From positions 15,492 to 79,491 of the forward strand of contig JAPOKZ010000002.1 of assembly GCA_029977385.1 (NCBI GenBank): a stretch of DNA of 64,000 nt, read 5' to 3'. Source of the stretch: Methanobacteriota archaeon. GTDB taxonomy: Archaea; Thermoplasmatota; Poseidoniia; Poseidoniales; Thalassarchaeaceae. This document shows positions 45,841 through 56,313 of the stretch, piece by piece. Made by a program: the position numbers and the translations under genes. The notes under the pieces are model-generated. The model worked only from the letters and a program-made list of their open reading frames with translations, was not told where the DNA came from and searched no databases. Position 1 is the first letter of the stretch. Each line of letters begins with the position of its first letter.

Positions 45841-48800
45841 TTGAAATTAGACTCCCCCAACTTCAAAAAAACCAATCAACCCCACCATCCCGTGGTAGTG
45901 CCCAAGACAGTAGGGGAATTGGATTCTGTTTCTCTAGAATCTAATCAAATCCTCAATTGGCAGGAAGAAGGGACCTTTGAACGAAGTATCGACCAAAGAC
46001 GAGTTCATGAATCCCCGTTCACATTCTTGGAGGGGCCCCCAACAGCAAATGGGAAACCCGGAATCCACCATGTCATATCCAGACTATTCAAAGACTTGGT
46101 TTGTAGATGGAAGACAATGGAGGGCCATGTAGTAGAAAGGAAGGCAGGATGGGACACGCACGGCCTTCCAGTTGAAATCGAAGTCCAGAAACAATTGGAT
46201 CTCATGAGTAACGAAGCTATCGAGAAATATGGGATGGAGGCATTCAACAAGAAATGTAAGGAGAGCGTTTGGACCTACGAAGAGGCATGGAGGGAGATGA
46301 CAGAGAGGATGGGCTTCTGGGTAAACATGGAGGACCCATATGTGACTCTACACGATGAATACATAGAATCGGCATGGTGGTCACTTAAGCAGATGTTCCA
46401 GAAGGGACTATTGTTCCGTGGACACAAGGTGCTTCCTTATTGTCCTCAGACTGGAACGAGTTACTCAACTCACGAGGTCTCACAGGGATACAAGGAAGTC
46501 ACAGAACCCGCAGTCTTCGTGAAGTTCAGACTAGAGGATGACAATGCTTCAGTTCTTGCTTGGACCACCACTCCGTGGACTCTCCCAGGAAACGTCGGAT
46601 TGGCCGTTGGACCAGATGTGACATACTGCAGAGTGAGAATCACTGAACCGGCTTCCGAGTCATGGGAAGGGCGAGGAGGAGGAGAAGTTGGCGAGGAACT
46701 GATATTGGCCAAGGACCTTATTGGGAACGTAATGAGAAATCATGCTGACGTGATAGAGGAATTCCCGGGCTCGGCTCTTGTCGGAAAGTCATACTCGCCC
46801 CTATTCCCAGGTGCAATTGACAGGGGATCATCCGAGTCAGCATGGACGATTGTCTCTGCAGACTTCGTCACCACCACCGATGGAACAGGGGTGGTCCATA
46901 CTGCTGTGATGTACGGTGAGGATGACTACAGGTTAGGGATGGAGGTCGGATTCCCGGCACAGCACACAGTTGGCATGGACGGGTCTTTCGTTTCCGGAGT
47001 CCATGAGAATCTAGATGGACGATACGTGAAGGACTGCGATGACGAGATCATCAGACTATTGGATGCCAGGGGACTTTTGTACAGGGAGCATGATTACACT
47101 CACGACTATCCCCATTGCTGGAGGACAGACCACCCCCTTCTATACTATGCAATGGACAGCTGGTTCGTCAGGATGACGGCTGTCAGGGACCAGATTCTTT
47201 CTCACAACTCTAGCGTCGAATGGGCCCCCGAGTGGACCGGGACAAAGAGGATGGGCGAGTGGCTATCCAACATCAAGGACTGGGCCATCAGTAGGGAGAG
47301 ATACTGGGGGACTCCTATTCCAGTCTGGATCTGCCCCGATTGCGGGGCCGAGCACTGCGTCGGAAGCATAGAGGAGATGAATAAGATGAGTACCGCAGAC
47401 TCCCCTACTCCCCAGGAACTACACAGGCCATATGTCGACGACGTGAAATTGGTGTGTACGAACAAAGAATGCTCAGGCGAGATGGTCAGGGAGCCCTATG
47501 TCATGGATTGCTGGTTCGATTCTGGATGTGCTTCGTTCGCACAGTGGCACTATCCATTCGAGAATGAAGAATTGTTCGAAGGTTCGTTCCCAGTAGACTA
47601 CATCTGCGAGGCTGTCGATCAGACTAGAGGCTGGTTCTACTCGTTACTTGCGGTTGCAACCACAGTGTTCGATGAGCCTTGCTTCCGGAGATGCCTATCC
47701 TTGGGGCATATACTGGACAAGGACGGAAAGAAGATGAGCAAATCAAGAGGAAACGTTGTGAATCCATGGGATCACTTCAACAAGGAGGGCGCCGATTCCA
47801 TCAGGTGGTACATGACCACACAAAGCGCACCATGGTCCCCTACCAATTTCGATCCCAATGGAGTTCGGGAGTCGTACGCAAAGATGTTCCTCACCCTCTG
47901 GAACGTCTACAGGTTCCATGCCGATTATGCAGCCCTGGATGGTTTCGATCCCGATGAAGAGTCAGCCTTCGTTCCAGTCAGCGAAAGGAGTCCATTGGAC
48001 CGTTGGATACTCTCCAAGGTCACCGAGATAGCCGATGACTATCACTCGAACTTCGTCTCATGGGACTTCCACAAGGCAGGAAGAGGATTAGAGGACTTCG
48101 TTGTCAACGATCTCTCAAATTGGTACGTCCGAAGATCAAGAAGGAGGCTATGGGATGAGGCAGATAGCAACGACAAGAGAGCGTGCCAGCACACCTTGCA
48201 TGAGGTCCTACTAGTGGTTTGCAGACTCATGGCACCGGTATCCCCCTTCACACCAGATCACATCCACAGGAGCCTGACCGGCTCCTCCGTCCATCTTGCC
48301 GACTGGCCGGTCGGCTCGGAGATTGTTGACAGAGCGCTCCCCAAAAGGGACTTCGGGCTTGAGCAGGAGATGGCTCTAGTGAGATCCCTAGCAGAGGCAG
48401 GTAGACGAATCAGAGTGGATTCGAACAGGAGGCAGAGGCTCCCTTGCAGGACAGGATGGATAGTCGGGGGGCCAGATATTTCGCGCTTCAGCGAGATACT
48501 AGCTGAGGAGCTCAATGTAGAGGTACTTTCTACAGAGAAGGATCTTGATGCCTTCCAGAGAATAGTCCTTGAGCCAAATAGGAAGGTACTCGGATCCAAG
48601 TGCCGTTCCGATCTCCCAGACGTTCTGGCCCAGCTAGACATGGCCGACCCCGAAGAACTACTGCTCGAGATAGAGGCGGGAATTGCCGCACTGGCAGGAT
48701 ACGAGATTACCATGTCGGACATTGAGATCAGGAGGGTCGAAAGGGAAGGTTTCGCCGCGCAGACTCTATCTTTTGAGGAGGGCGACGTATCCATTGTCCT

Positions 48801-49074
48801 GGATATGCACATCGACTCAGACCTCCTATCGAAGGGACTAGCTAGGGACATTACAAGAAGGATCCAAGCCAAAAGAAAGGAGCTTGACTTGCAAGTAGAG
48901 TCTTCGATAGTACTGTCGGTTTGGATTGAAGGAATGGAATTAGAGGACAGAGATTGGCAGCATATCACATCGGAGACTAGAGCAGGAGAGTCCTCACTGA
49001 ACGAAGGTGAACCCTCAGAAGAGTCTGACAAATTCGAGGTCGATGGGACTATTGTTCACTTCCAGATTCGTTGA
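45841..49074 (+). CDS. ileS: isoleucyl-tRNA synthetase
   Basis: It has a HIGH-type motif (PPTANGKPGIHHV), KMSKS, a CP1 editing domain and Zn-type cysteines. The start codon is non-ATG and uncertain: TTG at 45841, or GTG at 45892 or 45898. There is no in-frame ATG before the conserved core. Confidence 0.93.
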   Translation: MKLDSPNFKKTNQPHHPVVVPKTVGELDSVSLESNQILNWQEEGTFERSIDQRRVHESPFTFLEGPPTANGKPGIHHVISRLFKDLVCRWKTMEGHVVERKAGWDTHGLPVEIEVQKQLDLMSNEAIEKYGMEAFNKKCKESVWTYEEAWREMTERMGFWVNMEDPYVTLHDEYIESAWWSLKQMFQKGLLFRGHKVLPYCPQTGTSYSTHEVSQGYKEVTEPAVFVKFRLEDDNASVLAWTTTPWTLPGNVGLAVGPDVTYCRVRITEPASESWEGRGGGEVGEELILAKDLIGNVMRNHADVIEEFPGSALVGKSYSPLFPGAIDRGSSESAWTIVSADFVTTTDGTGVVHTAVMYGEDDYRLGMEVGFPAQHTVGMDGSFVSGVHENLDGRYVKDCDDEIIRLLDARGLLYREHDYTHDYPHCWRTDHPLLYYAMDSWFVRMTAVRDQILSHNSSVEWAPEWTGTKRMGEWLSNIKDWAISRERYWGTPIPVWICPDCGAEHCVGSIEEMNKMSTADSPTPQELHRPYVDDVKLVCTNKECSGEMVREPYVMDCWFDSGCASFAQWHYPFENEELFEGSFPVDYICEAVDQTRGWFYSLLAVATTVFDEPCFRRCLSLGHILDKDGKKMSKSRGNVVNPWDHFNKEGADSIRWYMTTQSAPWSPTNFDPNGVRESYAKMFLTLWNVYRFHADYAALDGFDPDEESAFVPVSERSPLDRWILSKVTEIADDYHSNFVSWDFHKAGRGLEDFVVNDLSNWYVRRSRRRLWDEADSNDKRACQHTLHEVLLVVCRLMAPVSPFTPDHIHRSLTGSSVHLADWPVGSEIVDRALPKRDFGLEQEMALVRSLAEAGRRIRVDSNRRQRLPCRTGWIVGGPDISRFSEILAEELNVEVLSTEKDLDAFQRIVLEPNRKVLGSKCRSDLPDVLAQLDMADPEELLLEIEAGIAALAGYEITMSDIEIRRVEREGFAAQTLSFEEGDVSIVLDMHIDSDLLSKGLARDITRRIQAKRKELDLQVESSIVLSVWIEGMELEDRDWQHITSETRAGESSLNEGEPSEESDKFEVDGTIVHFQIR

Positions 49075-49082
49075 AATTGAGA

Positions 49083-50501
49083 CTATAGATAGCGCTCTGG
49101 AATCAACATCTCAACCCCGAATAGTGGGTCGGGATCGGTCGAGTCGTGGTATGCAATGAATGATCCTCCATCCGGGAGTATGCCCATACTGGCGAAGTCG
49201 AATCTGATGTCATTCCCCGCCCCAGAAGTCGAGTCAAGATCCCCCTGTCCGAGATAGGTAAGAACGTCAGGCTCCAAGCTCTGGGAGAACTCACGCACAT
49301 GGTAGGCGACGTCGACGTCCGGTCCCTCTGCGCTCTGGAACCTAACGTTAAGCACGAATAGGTCATGCACCCCGCTAGAGTGGAACTCCCACTCCTCGAT
49401 CTCAGTCGCTCTCTCTGAGAGGTTGTATGACTTGTTTTCCCACGTCTCCCCACCGTCCCACGAAAGCATGTGCATGAGGGAAGTCTGCCCAGAGCTTACG
49501 CAGTGCAGGGCAGTAGATGAGTCGAATGCGCAATACTGTGAGGGCAACGAGGAACCATTCAGGGTCACCCCAGTCCACCAGTTGAGTGAAGTGTCCAGAA
49601 AGGCATCACTTCCGTCAATGAAGTAGCTTGGAAAGTACAGGCCACCAGAGGGAACTGGAAAGGCCCTCATCTCTTTGTGTGGCTTGGTGAAGTCCCACTC
49701 TGGCCCTAGACTTTCGGGACTCAGATCTACCTCCATAACGTCCAGGCTCTCGTCTCTATCCGGGAACCCGAAATAATCGTAATTCAGACCATCTGTTGAT
49801 ATCTGCCCTCCGACGTTCTGGACCTGATGCCAGAAATTCGAAATAACTAGACTGGCCCAAGGTCCGTTGCCATATAGTCCGCCGTTTATCGGGCCCACCA
49901 CCTCCACCTGCCATGACCTATCATAGAATGGCTCTGGAGTCCTATTGAAGCACCAGCTCCACTCCTGGTCCTCAGAATCATAGAAGAATGCGTAGAATTG
50001 ATCAGCTCCGCTTGTGCTTGGGTAGGGAAACCATCCCATCGAGATAAGATCGCCATTGGTTGCCTGAACTATGCTTCCTTCTCCTAGGCCTTCCTGCCCG
50101 GGTACAGTGGGCTTGGGCTCAAGACATCCCAATTGAGAGAAAATACTAGGCCTGTATTCCTGCCAAGTCAGACCCCTATCCTCAGACCATGTCGGATATT
50201 CCCCGCCAAAGTTCAGGATCCATCCCTCCTTGGTCGCCGCTAGGTAATGCTCGCAGCAGTTTCCCCCATGCTCGTTTCCGAACACTGTCCACGTGGCGTT
50301 CCCCCAAGTCTCATTTTCTACTGGATCGGCTACTACGAACATACGCGGATCCTCATGCCCGCTTGGATCAATTAGAACATAGTCGCGATTCCAGTCGAAC
50401 TCCTGTTCGCTCGAGGTTACCTCCTCTAGACAGCCCGGCAAGAGAAACATTAGTGCCAAAGCCAGAGATGCTATTATTCGACCCGGTATCATTGAGAGCA
50501 C
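49083..50501 (-). CDS. secreted BNR/Asp-box repeat protein (sialidase-like beta-propeller), lipobox-like signal peptide
   Basis: It has two Asp-box motifs, SEDRGLTW and SWDGGETW. The signal peptide ends in LLPGCLEE. Confidence 0.55.
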   Translation of the reverse strand: MLSMIPGRIIASLALALMFLLPGCLEEVTSSEQEFDWNRDYVLIDPSGHEDPRMFVVADPVENETWGNATWTVFGNEHGGNCCEHYLAATKEGWILNFGGEYPTWSEDRGLTWQEYRPSIFSQLGCLEPKPTVPGQEGLGEGSIVQATNGDLISMGWFPYPSTSGADQFYAFFYDSEDQEWSWCFNRTPEPFYDRSWQVEVVGPINGGLYGNGPWASLVISNFWHQVQNVGGQISTDGLNYDYFGFPDRDESLDVMEVDLSPESLGPEWDFTKPHKEMRAFPVPSGGLYFPSYFIDGSDAFLDTSLNWWTGVTLNGSSLPSQYCAFDSSTALHCVSSGQTSLMHMLSWDGGETWENKSYNLSERATEIEEWEFHSSGVHDLFVLNVRFQSAEGPDVDVAYHVREFSQSLEPDVLTYLGQGDLDSTSGAGNDIRFDFASMGILPDGGSFIAYHDSTDPDPLFGVEMLIPERYL

Positions 50502-50549
50502 GTACTTCCGTGATGATGGTAATATATCGCACTTTCATAGAATTGATGA

Positions 50550-51983
50550 CTATTCAATTCTCCAAGTAGCTCCGCTTGGACCATCCTCGACTATTACTCC
50601 CATTCCTGTTAGCTCATCGCGAATTTCATCTGCTCTAGACCAGTCCTTTGATTCCCTCGCTTCATCCCTCTCCAAAAGAAGACTCTCGACACGCTGGGAG
50701 ATCTCATCCTTCGCACTCTCCTGGCTCTGAATTTTCTCCAGAACATCAGAATCCTCGGGAAGAATTCCAAGAACATCTCCAGCGTACTCAGAAATCCAGC
50801 GTACGGCTCCAGCAATCTCTCCAGAATCCCCTCCCGAGTCCAGAAGGAATCTCATTCTCTTGGCCACCGACTGCACCTCGACAAGAGCGACTCTCGTGTT
50901 GAAGTCGTCATCCATCCCCGACTCAAATTTACTAGTAGCTTCTTCCAACCAAGAGAACCCTCGCCAGTCCGCGCTTCCTTTCTTCGCCAACCCTTCCCCG
51001 TAGCACGTTACTAGCCTGTGTTGATGAATCTCAGAGTCGTCTATCATTACCTGGTTGAAGTCTACTGGCTGACGATAGGGAGCGTTGATCAGGGTATATC
51101 TCAATACAAGAGGGTCGACTTTCTTCAACGCCTCCGATATTGTCCAGAAGTTGCCCAATGACTTACTCATTTTCTCCCCATCTACGTTGACCATACCGTT
51201 ATGAATCCAGTACTGCACAACTGGATCGTGCCCCAGACAGCATTCTGACTGGAAAATTTCAGCCTCATGATGAGGGAAAATGAGATCGGAACCACCTCCA
51301 TGGATGTCGAACCTCTCTCCTAGGTGCTTGAGTGACATCGCAGAGCACTCGATATGCCAACCTGGCCTCCCATTTCCCCAAGGACTCTCCCACGAAGGCT
51401 CTCCAGGCTTCGCCATCTTCCACAGAGCGAAGTCCCTATGATCCCTCTTTCCAGAACCGGTTTTATCGACCCTCCCACCGGCACCGGATCTGACCATTTC
51501 CAGGGTTTGTCCGGTGAGCTGCCCATACTTCTCTGGGGAAGTATCGATTTCGAAGTAAACCCCATCCTCGGCTAGGTAAGCATTGCCCTTCTCAATTAGC
51601 GACCCAACCATCTCAATTATTTCTGGTATGGTTTCGGTTACTCTTGGGTATGCATCTGCTCTAATTACGTTCAGTGAATCCATAGATTCGAAGTAGTCCT
51701 CGATGTATCTGTTGGAAATTTCTAGGAAGTCAACTCCCTCTTCATTGGCAACTGCGATAATCTTGTCATCTATGTCGGTGAAGTTCGTTATGTAATCGAC
51801 TTCGAACCCCCTCTTGCGCAGCCATCTGACTATGATATCGAATGATATCGCCTGTCTAGCATGTCCAATGTGACTAGGGGAGTAAGGGGTAATTCCACAG
51901 GCATATAGTCCGACCTTGCCTTCTTCTAAGGTCACCAATTCTCTCTTTTTCCGAGATCTAGTGTCGAATACCCTGACTGTCAC
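50550..51983 (-). CDS. cysS: cysteinyl-tRNA synthetase
   Basis: It has HIGH (PSHIGHAR), KMSKS (KMSKSLGN), and Zn-binding Cys/His contexts (ACG..., HIECS). Confidence 0.95.
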   Translation of the reverse strand: MTVRVFDTRSRKKRELVTLEEGKVGLYACGITPYSPSHIGHARQAISFDIIVRWLRKRGFEVDYITNFTDIDDKIIAVANEEGVDFLEISNRYIEDYFESMDSLNVIRADAYPRVTETIPEIIEMVGSLIEKGNAYLAEDGVYFEIDTSPEKYGQLTGQTLEMVRSGAGGRVDKTGSGKRDHRDFALWKMAKPGEPSWESPWGNGRPGWHIECSAMSLKHLGERFDIHGGGSDLIFPHHEAEIFQSECCLGHDPVVQYWIHNGMVNVDGEKMSKSLGNFWTISEALKKVDPLVLRYTLINAPYRQPVDFNQVMIDDSEIHQHRLVTCYGEGLAKKGSADWRGFSWLEEATSKFESGMDDDFNTRVALVEVQSVAKRMRFLLDSGGDSGEIAGAVRWISEYAGDVLGILPEDSDVLEKIQSQESAKDEISQRVESLLLERDEARESKDWSRADEIRDELTGMGVIVEDGPSGATWRIE

Positions 51984-52009
51984 TGGTTAGTGACATGGCA
52001 CTTCAGACA

Positions 52010-52699
52010 TCAACCCCTCGCTGCTTGAATTAGTGCAGAGAATAGTAAGTCATGCCCCTTACGTTCTGGGTGCCACTGAACCCCTATGCAGAATTTCTTG
52101 TCTCTACGCTCCACTCCTTCGATAAGACCATCATGATCCGCCCTCGCTGAAACTTCCAGGCTCCCAGCATCCGAAACACCCTGATGATGAAGCGAGTTTA
52201 CTGTGAACGAATCTCCCATGATTCTTGCCAACTGTGAATCCCCCTCTACGACCACTCCGTGCTCAGTTGATTTCCCAAAGAAACCGCCATGCCCCTCATG
52301 TCCGGGAGTCGTGTCGAGATGTTGATGCATCCTCCCACCATGTGCAACACTGAGGATTTGCATTCCTCTGCATATGCCTAGGAGGGGCATGTCTCTCTCA
52401 AGAGACCTCTCGATCAGTCCCATCTCTGAATAGTCCTGTTCCGGGTAGAACTCGGTAGTCATCGGGCCGGGCTCCTCGTTGTAATTGGCCGGTGAAATAT
52501 CGGGTCCCCCAGAAACTATCAGCCCATCTATCGAATCCAACAGGCTGGTCATGTCTCCTGCAGGCGGGATAATCATCGGCACCCCCCCAGCTTTGTCAAC
52601 CATTGAAACATACGCCGAAGGCAAGATAGCAGCATGCCTGACAAAATTGCTGTACTGGGCTTCCCTCATGCAGCATGTAATGCCAATGATTGGCTTCAT
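52010..52699 (-). CDS. gamma-glutamyl hydrolase-type class I glutamine amidotransferase (peptidase C26, PuuD-like)
   Basis: Motifs are GICRGMQIL, LHHQ and QWHPE. Confidence 0.8.
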   Translation of the reverse strand: MKPIIGITCCMREAQYSNFVRHAAILPSAYVSMVDKAGGVPMIIPPAGDMTSLLDSIDGLIVSGGPDISPANYNEEPGPMTTEFYPEQDYSEMGLIERSLERDMPLLGICRGMQILSVAHGGRMHQHLDTTPGHEGHGGFFGKSTEHGVVVEGDSQLARIMGDSFTVNSLHHQGVSDAGSLEVSARADHDGLIEGVERRDKKFCIGVQWHPERKGHDLLFSALIQAARG

Positions 52700-53100
52700 T
52701 CGATCACCGAGGACTCTCTTTCCAGTCTGGCACTTCTGAATGACATAACTCCCACTACAGTGAAGGATATCCCTATCACAAGAAGGAGAAGATGCGAGGC
52801 AATTCCAAGCCAGGACATCTCATCAAACGTTGTTGCTATCCTAGCCCCTCCCAATGCCATCAATAGAGCAAAAACCATGGATGCATGCATGTAGTGGTGC
52901 CTGTTAGCAGGATTTCTCACTGAGAGGAATCCAAGAAATAGCATTGGCAGTCCGAAGAAGGCCGGAATCATCGCTGTAATCGATGGGGGGTCCGCACTCT
53001 GGATGAAATAAGCAACCACTCCCCATACGGATAGAATTGCACCATCCATAATCGCAATCTGGGGAACGGTCATCCCGAACATCCTGAACTCTGAGGTCAT
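52696..53100 (-). CDS. small membrane protein, unknown function
   Basis: The 134-aa ORF has four hydrophobic helices and overlaps the downstream gene by 4 nt. Confidence 0.45.
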   Translation of the reverse strand: MTSEFRMFGMTVPQIAIMDGAILSVWGVVAYFIQSADPPSITAMIPAFFGLPMLFLGFLSVRNPANRHHYMHASMVFALLMALGGARIATTFDEMSWLGIASHLLLLVIGISFTVVGVMSFRSARLERESSVIE

Positions 53101-53169
53101 AATCTCCGGCGAGTGTTCAGATTAATGATTGTCTCGACTGGAGAGACTGAATTCAAATATTGGATTTAG

Positions 53170-55158
53170 CTATGTCTGTCCATGAATCTCTTTGTCCTTG
53201 GCCACAATCTGTTCCCAGAGCAGTTCTGCAACGTCCATCACTTCCATCTCAGCTCCAACTGAGTCAAGTCCATCCTTGACCATAATCGAGCAGAAAGGAC
53301 ATCCTACAGCTACTGTATCGCATCCAGTCTCCGCGAGCTCCTTGGCTCTGATTTCGTTAACTCGTTTGTCAGCATCCTCCTCCATCCACATCTGAGCACC
53401 ACCGGCACCACAGCAGAAGGAGTCCTTCCCACTCTTCTCAGTCTCAACGTCCACGCCTCCTATCACACTCCTAGGCTCATCGACGATTCCTCCTATTCTT
53501 CCTAGGTAGCATGGGTCGTGGAAAGTAATACTGCGGCCATTCTTCTCGACCTCGGGGAGCTTGCCCTCCTCCTGCAATTTAGCTAGAATTTCCGAATGAT
53601 GGAATACCTCCAACTCTTCTCCACCGTAGTCCCCGTACTCTTTTCCAAGTGTGTGGAAGCAGTGTGGACAGGAGGCAATTATTCGCTTTACTCCCAACTC
53701 TTGGAAGGTCATTAAATTCGTCTCTGCTAGCATCTGGAAAAGATATTCGTTCCCAGCTCTCCTTGCTGGATCCCCGGAGCATCCCTCTTGCATCCCCAGT
53801 ATTCCAACATCTAGTCCGGCTTCCTTCAGTAGTGATATGGTGGATCTAGCAACCTTCTGGTTTCGTTCATCAAAGCTAGCAGCACAACCTACGAAGTAGA
53901 TATACTCGGCAGGCTCGCCGATTTTGACATCTAGATCAGAGGCCCAATCAGCCCTCTCGTGCTCCCCGAAACCGTAGGGATTAGACGCAGACTCTATGTT
54001 GCCCATCGCCGTGTTCAGGATTTCGGGGTATTCCATTGTCTCCATCATCGCGTTTCTCCTCAAATCCGTAAGTTTTGGAACATGCTCTATGTAAAGAGGG
54101 CATACATCGACACAAGCATTGCACGTAGTACAAGCCCAAACCGCCTCATCGGAAATGCGCTGCATCATCGTCTCGTCAGGAGTCCCCCCAGACAGGAGAA
54201 TGGGGGCGTGCTCGTTAGCGTAATCTCTGACGTCATGGATAACTTGCATGGGGTTTAGGCCCTTGCCCGAAGCATATGCAGGACATACATCCTGACACCT
54301 AGCACATGAGGTACATGACCATCCGTCAATTAGTTGCCTCCAAGTATACTGCGTGTATGTGCTAACTCCGAATGAGTCTATGTCCAATTCCTCCAGTGGC
54401 ACAGCTAGGCCCTGCTCATCGGTAGCAAGCGGGCGCATCTTCGCCGCTGGGCCAGTGTCATGGAAGAACACGTTGGGAACGGCCATAACCAAATGCATAT
54501 GCTTTGAAAGTGGGATAAGGAAAAGGAATACAGATATTGCCAACATATGCAACCAATACGCTGCTACCACTGTGCTATCTGATAGGCCAAAGAGGCTGAA
54601 TTGGTGTCCTATGGGCTCCCAGAAGGGACTGGGGTCTTCCTTTGATTCGACCATGAATGAGGTTGTGGTGATTGTGAAAATTAGTAGTAGGATCGCGTTT
54701 CCTTCCAACTGCGACTTACCTTTGAGCTTCTCAGGAGTGAATACTACGCGGCGAACCAATGCAGAAACACACCCAATGAGCGCCATTGTGTAGCCCAATT
54801 CGACCATCCCGTTCCAAGGCCCAACAAGAATGTCTGGCAATACTTTTCCCGAGAAAGCATTAGCTGTGGCTAGATCGAACATATCCGATGCTAGCATCAG
54901 GAAGCCCCAGAACATCAGAACGTGCATTGTCCCTGCAACACGGTCTCTCAGAACTTTCTTCTGCCCCAACCAACCGATTATGAATTCCCTGACTCGGGGG
55001 CCCCATGAGTCAAATCTAGAGTCAGGAGAACCTATCATTACTAGACGAGTTGCCTTCTGTACCTGATAGACAAAGAATCCTATAGACAGGCTCCCCATTA
55101 GGAGCAAAATCATCCAACCATCTACCGGCCCGTAAGTCTGTAAGAGGGGGTGCTTCAT
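53170..55158 (-). CDS. membrane-anchored heterodisulfide-reductase-like Fe-S oxidoreductase (HdrD/GlpC/DsrK-type with fused N-terminal membrane domain)
   Basis: The N-terminal domain has about 6 TM helices. There are two 4Fe-4S ferredoxin motifs (CTSCARCQDVCP and CTTCNACVDVCP) and two CCG-type Cys-rich domains (FVGCAASFD...CPHCFH and DPCYLGR...CCGAGG...GCPFC). Confidence 0.8.
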   Translation of the reverse strand: MKHPLLQTYGPVDGWMILLLMGSLSIGFFVYQVQKATRLVMIGSPDSRFDSWGPRVREFIIGWLGQKKVLRDRVAGTMHVLMFWGFLMLASDMFDLATANAFSGKVLPDILVGPWNGMVELGYTMALIGCVSALVRRVVFTPEKLKGKSQLEGNAILLLIFTITTTSFMVESKEDPSPFWEPIGHQFSLFGLSDSTVVAAYWLHMLAISVFLFLIPLSKHMHLVMAVPNVFFHDTGPAAKMRPLATDEQGLAVPLEELDIDSFGVSTYTQYTWRQLIDGWSCTSCARCQDVCPAYASGKGLNPMQVIHDVRDYANEHAPILLSGGTPDETMMQRISDEAVWACTTCNACVDVCPLYIEHVPKLTDLRRNAMMETMEYPEILNTAMGNIESASNPYGFGEHERADWASDLDVKIGEPAEYIYFVGCAASFDERNQKVARSTISLLKEAGLDVGILGMQEGCSGDPARRAGNEYLFQMLAETNLMTFQELGVKRIIASCPHCFHTLGKEYGDYGGEELEVFHHSEILAKLQEEGKLPEVEKNGRSITFHDPCYLGRIGGIVDEPRSVIGGVDVETEKSGKDSFCCGAGGAQMWMEEDADKRVNEIRAKELAETGCDTVAVGCPFCSIMVKDGLDSVGAEMEVMDVAELLWEQIVAKDKEIHGQT

Positions 55159-55261
55159 GAGTGCTCACCGGGGTTTTCCCAAAACCCTCGACCACAAACA
55201 AGACCTTGAAACAACCGCTAAGCAGGCCAACAATCATGTCCTAATGTGTAGGCCACAGGAT

Positions 55262-56233
55262 ATGCCAAGCGCATTCGCACCAGGCAAGTGTATCCTTTTC
55301 GGTGAGCATGCGGTAGTTTTCGGCCATCCTGCTGTAGCTGTGGCTATTGATCAGGGAGTAAGAGTTAGTGTGAAGGCCTCCGATGCGTGGAGTCTCGAGG
55401 GTCAGCCATTCGAGCCTGCTAGGCATCCACATATTTCTCACATCATCAAGAATATCTTCCAGTACAATGGCCAACCTCTGGATATTGACGTCGAAAGCTC
55501 TCTTTTCTCCGCAGCCGGGATGGGCTCTTCCGCTGCTCTATCAAATGCCTTCGGCGCAGCAATGCACTCTCATCTGAACCCCAGCACCCCACTCGATCCG
55601 ATAAAATTAGCAAAAATGGCTCACTCCGCAGAGGCAACAGCCCAGAAGGGCAGGGCAAGTCCGACAGATACAGCAACAAGCGCTCTTGGAGGATGTGTAG
55701 TGGTTTCGGGAGAGAATGTGACAGGTACTAGACATGTTTTCGATACTAGTTTGGAGACTCCCGAAGGATCGAGGAACTGGTCGATAAACGTAGTAGACCT
55801 TCCTTCAGATATTGGCGACGCTTGGTTAGTATTGGGATACTCTGGCACGGGTTCTCCAACTGGAAGAATGGTGGCCAAAGTAGCGCAACTAATCTCCGAG
55901 TCCCCACAGAGGATGGAGGAAATGGAGGCAATTTCGAATATTACTAGGGCAGGATTGGCGGCCCTCTCTGCTGGAAACCTAGAGGGTTTGGGAATGGCAA
56001 TGGATGCCTGTCACGAAAGCCTCAGGAACTTGGAAGTCAGCACCAAAAAGTTAGATCGTATGGTCAGCGCTGTCAGGCCTCACTCCCTAGGTGCAAAACT
56101 GACTGGTGCTGGCGGAGGGGGGTGCATGGTCGCCCTTACACAGGATCCAGCCAGAGTTTCGGAGGCTATCGAGATCGCTGGAGGCAGGCCCCTTCAAACA
56201 AAATTAGGTGCCGAAGGAGTCAGTATTCAGTAG
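55262..56233 (+). CDS. mvk: mevalonate kinase
   Basis: Motifs are APGKCILFGEHAVVFG, GHMP motif II GMGSSAALSNA, and motif III KLTGAGGGGCMVAL. The ORF is open from 55157. Candidate ATGs lie at 55244 and 55262, and the latter gives the usual short N-terminus. Confidence 0.85.
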   Translation: MPSAFAPGKCILFGEHAVVFGHPAVAVAIDQGVRVSVKASDAWSLEGQPFEPARHPHISHIIKNIFQYNGQPLDIDVESSLFSAAGMGSSAALSNAFGAAMHSHLNPSTPLDPIKLAKMAHSAEATAQKGRASPTDTATSALGGCVVVSGENVTGTRHVFDTSLETPEGSRNWSINVVDLPSDIGDAWLVLGYSGTGSPTGRMVAKVAQLISESPQRMEEMEAISNITRAGLAALSAGNLEGLGMAMDACHESLRNLEVSTKKLDRMVSAVRPHSLGAKLTGAGGGGCMVALTQDPARVSEAIEIAGGRPLQTKLGAEGVSIQ

Positions 56234-56284
56234 CTAAGATTGAAAAAATAGCCACTCCATTTGTTCGCCTTCTTTATATTACCA

Positions 56285-56291
56285 TTTATAA
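56285..56291 (+). promoter_or_regulatory. putative TATA box TTTATAA (a second, TTTATATT, lies at 56273-56280)
   Basis: It is centred 26 nt upstream of the tbp ATG at 56314, consistent with a leaderless transcript. Confidence 0.5.
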
Positions 56292-56313
56292 GAGGGCAGT
56301 CGGTCGTCCTTCT

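Noticed and set aside
48258-49031. 257-aa ORF antisense to ileS
   Set aside because: It lies entirely inside a strongly supported ileS coding region. Its translation is a low-complexity Ser-rich sequence typical of an antisense frame, and I saw no motifs.
56122-56313. Longer TBP ORF starting at 56122
   Set aside because: The extra 64 codons overlap the 3' end of mvk in another frame and do not resemble TBP. The ATG at 56314 has a canonical TATA box 26 nt upstream.
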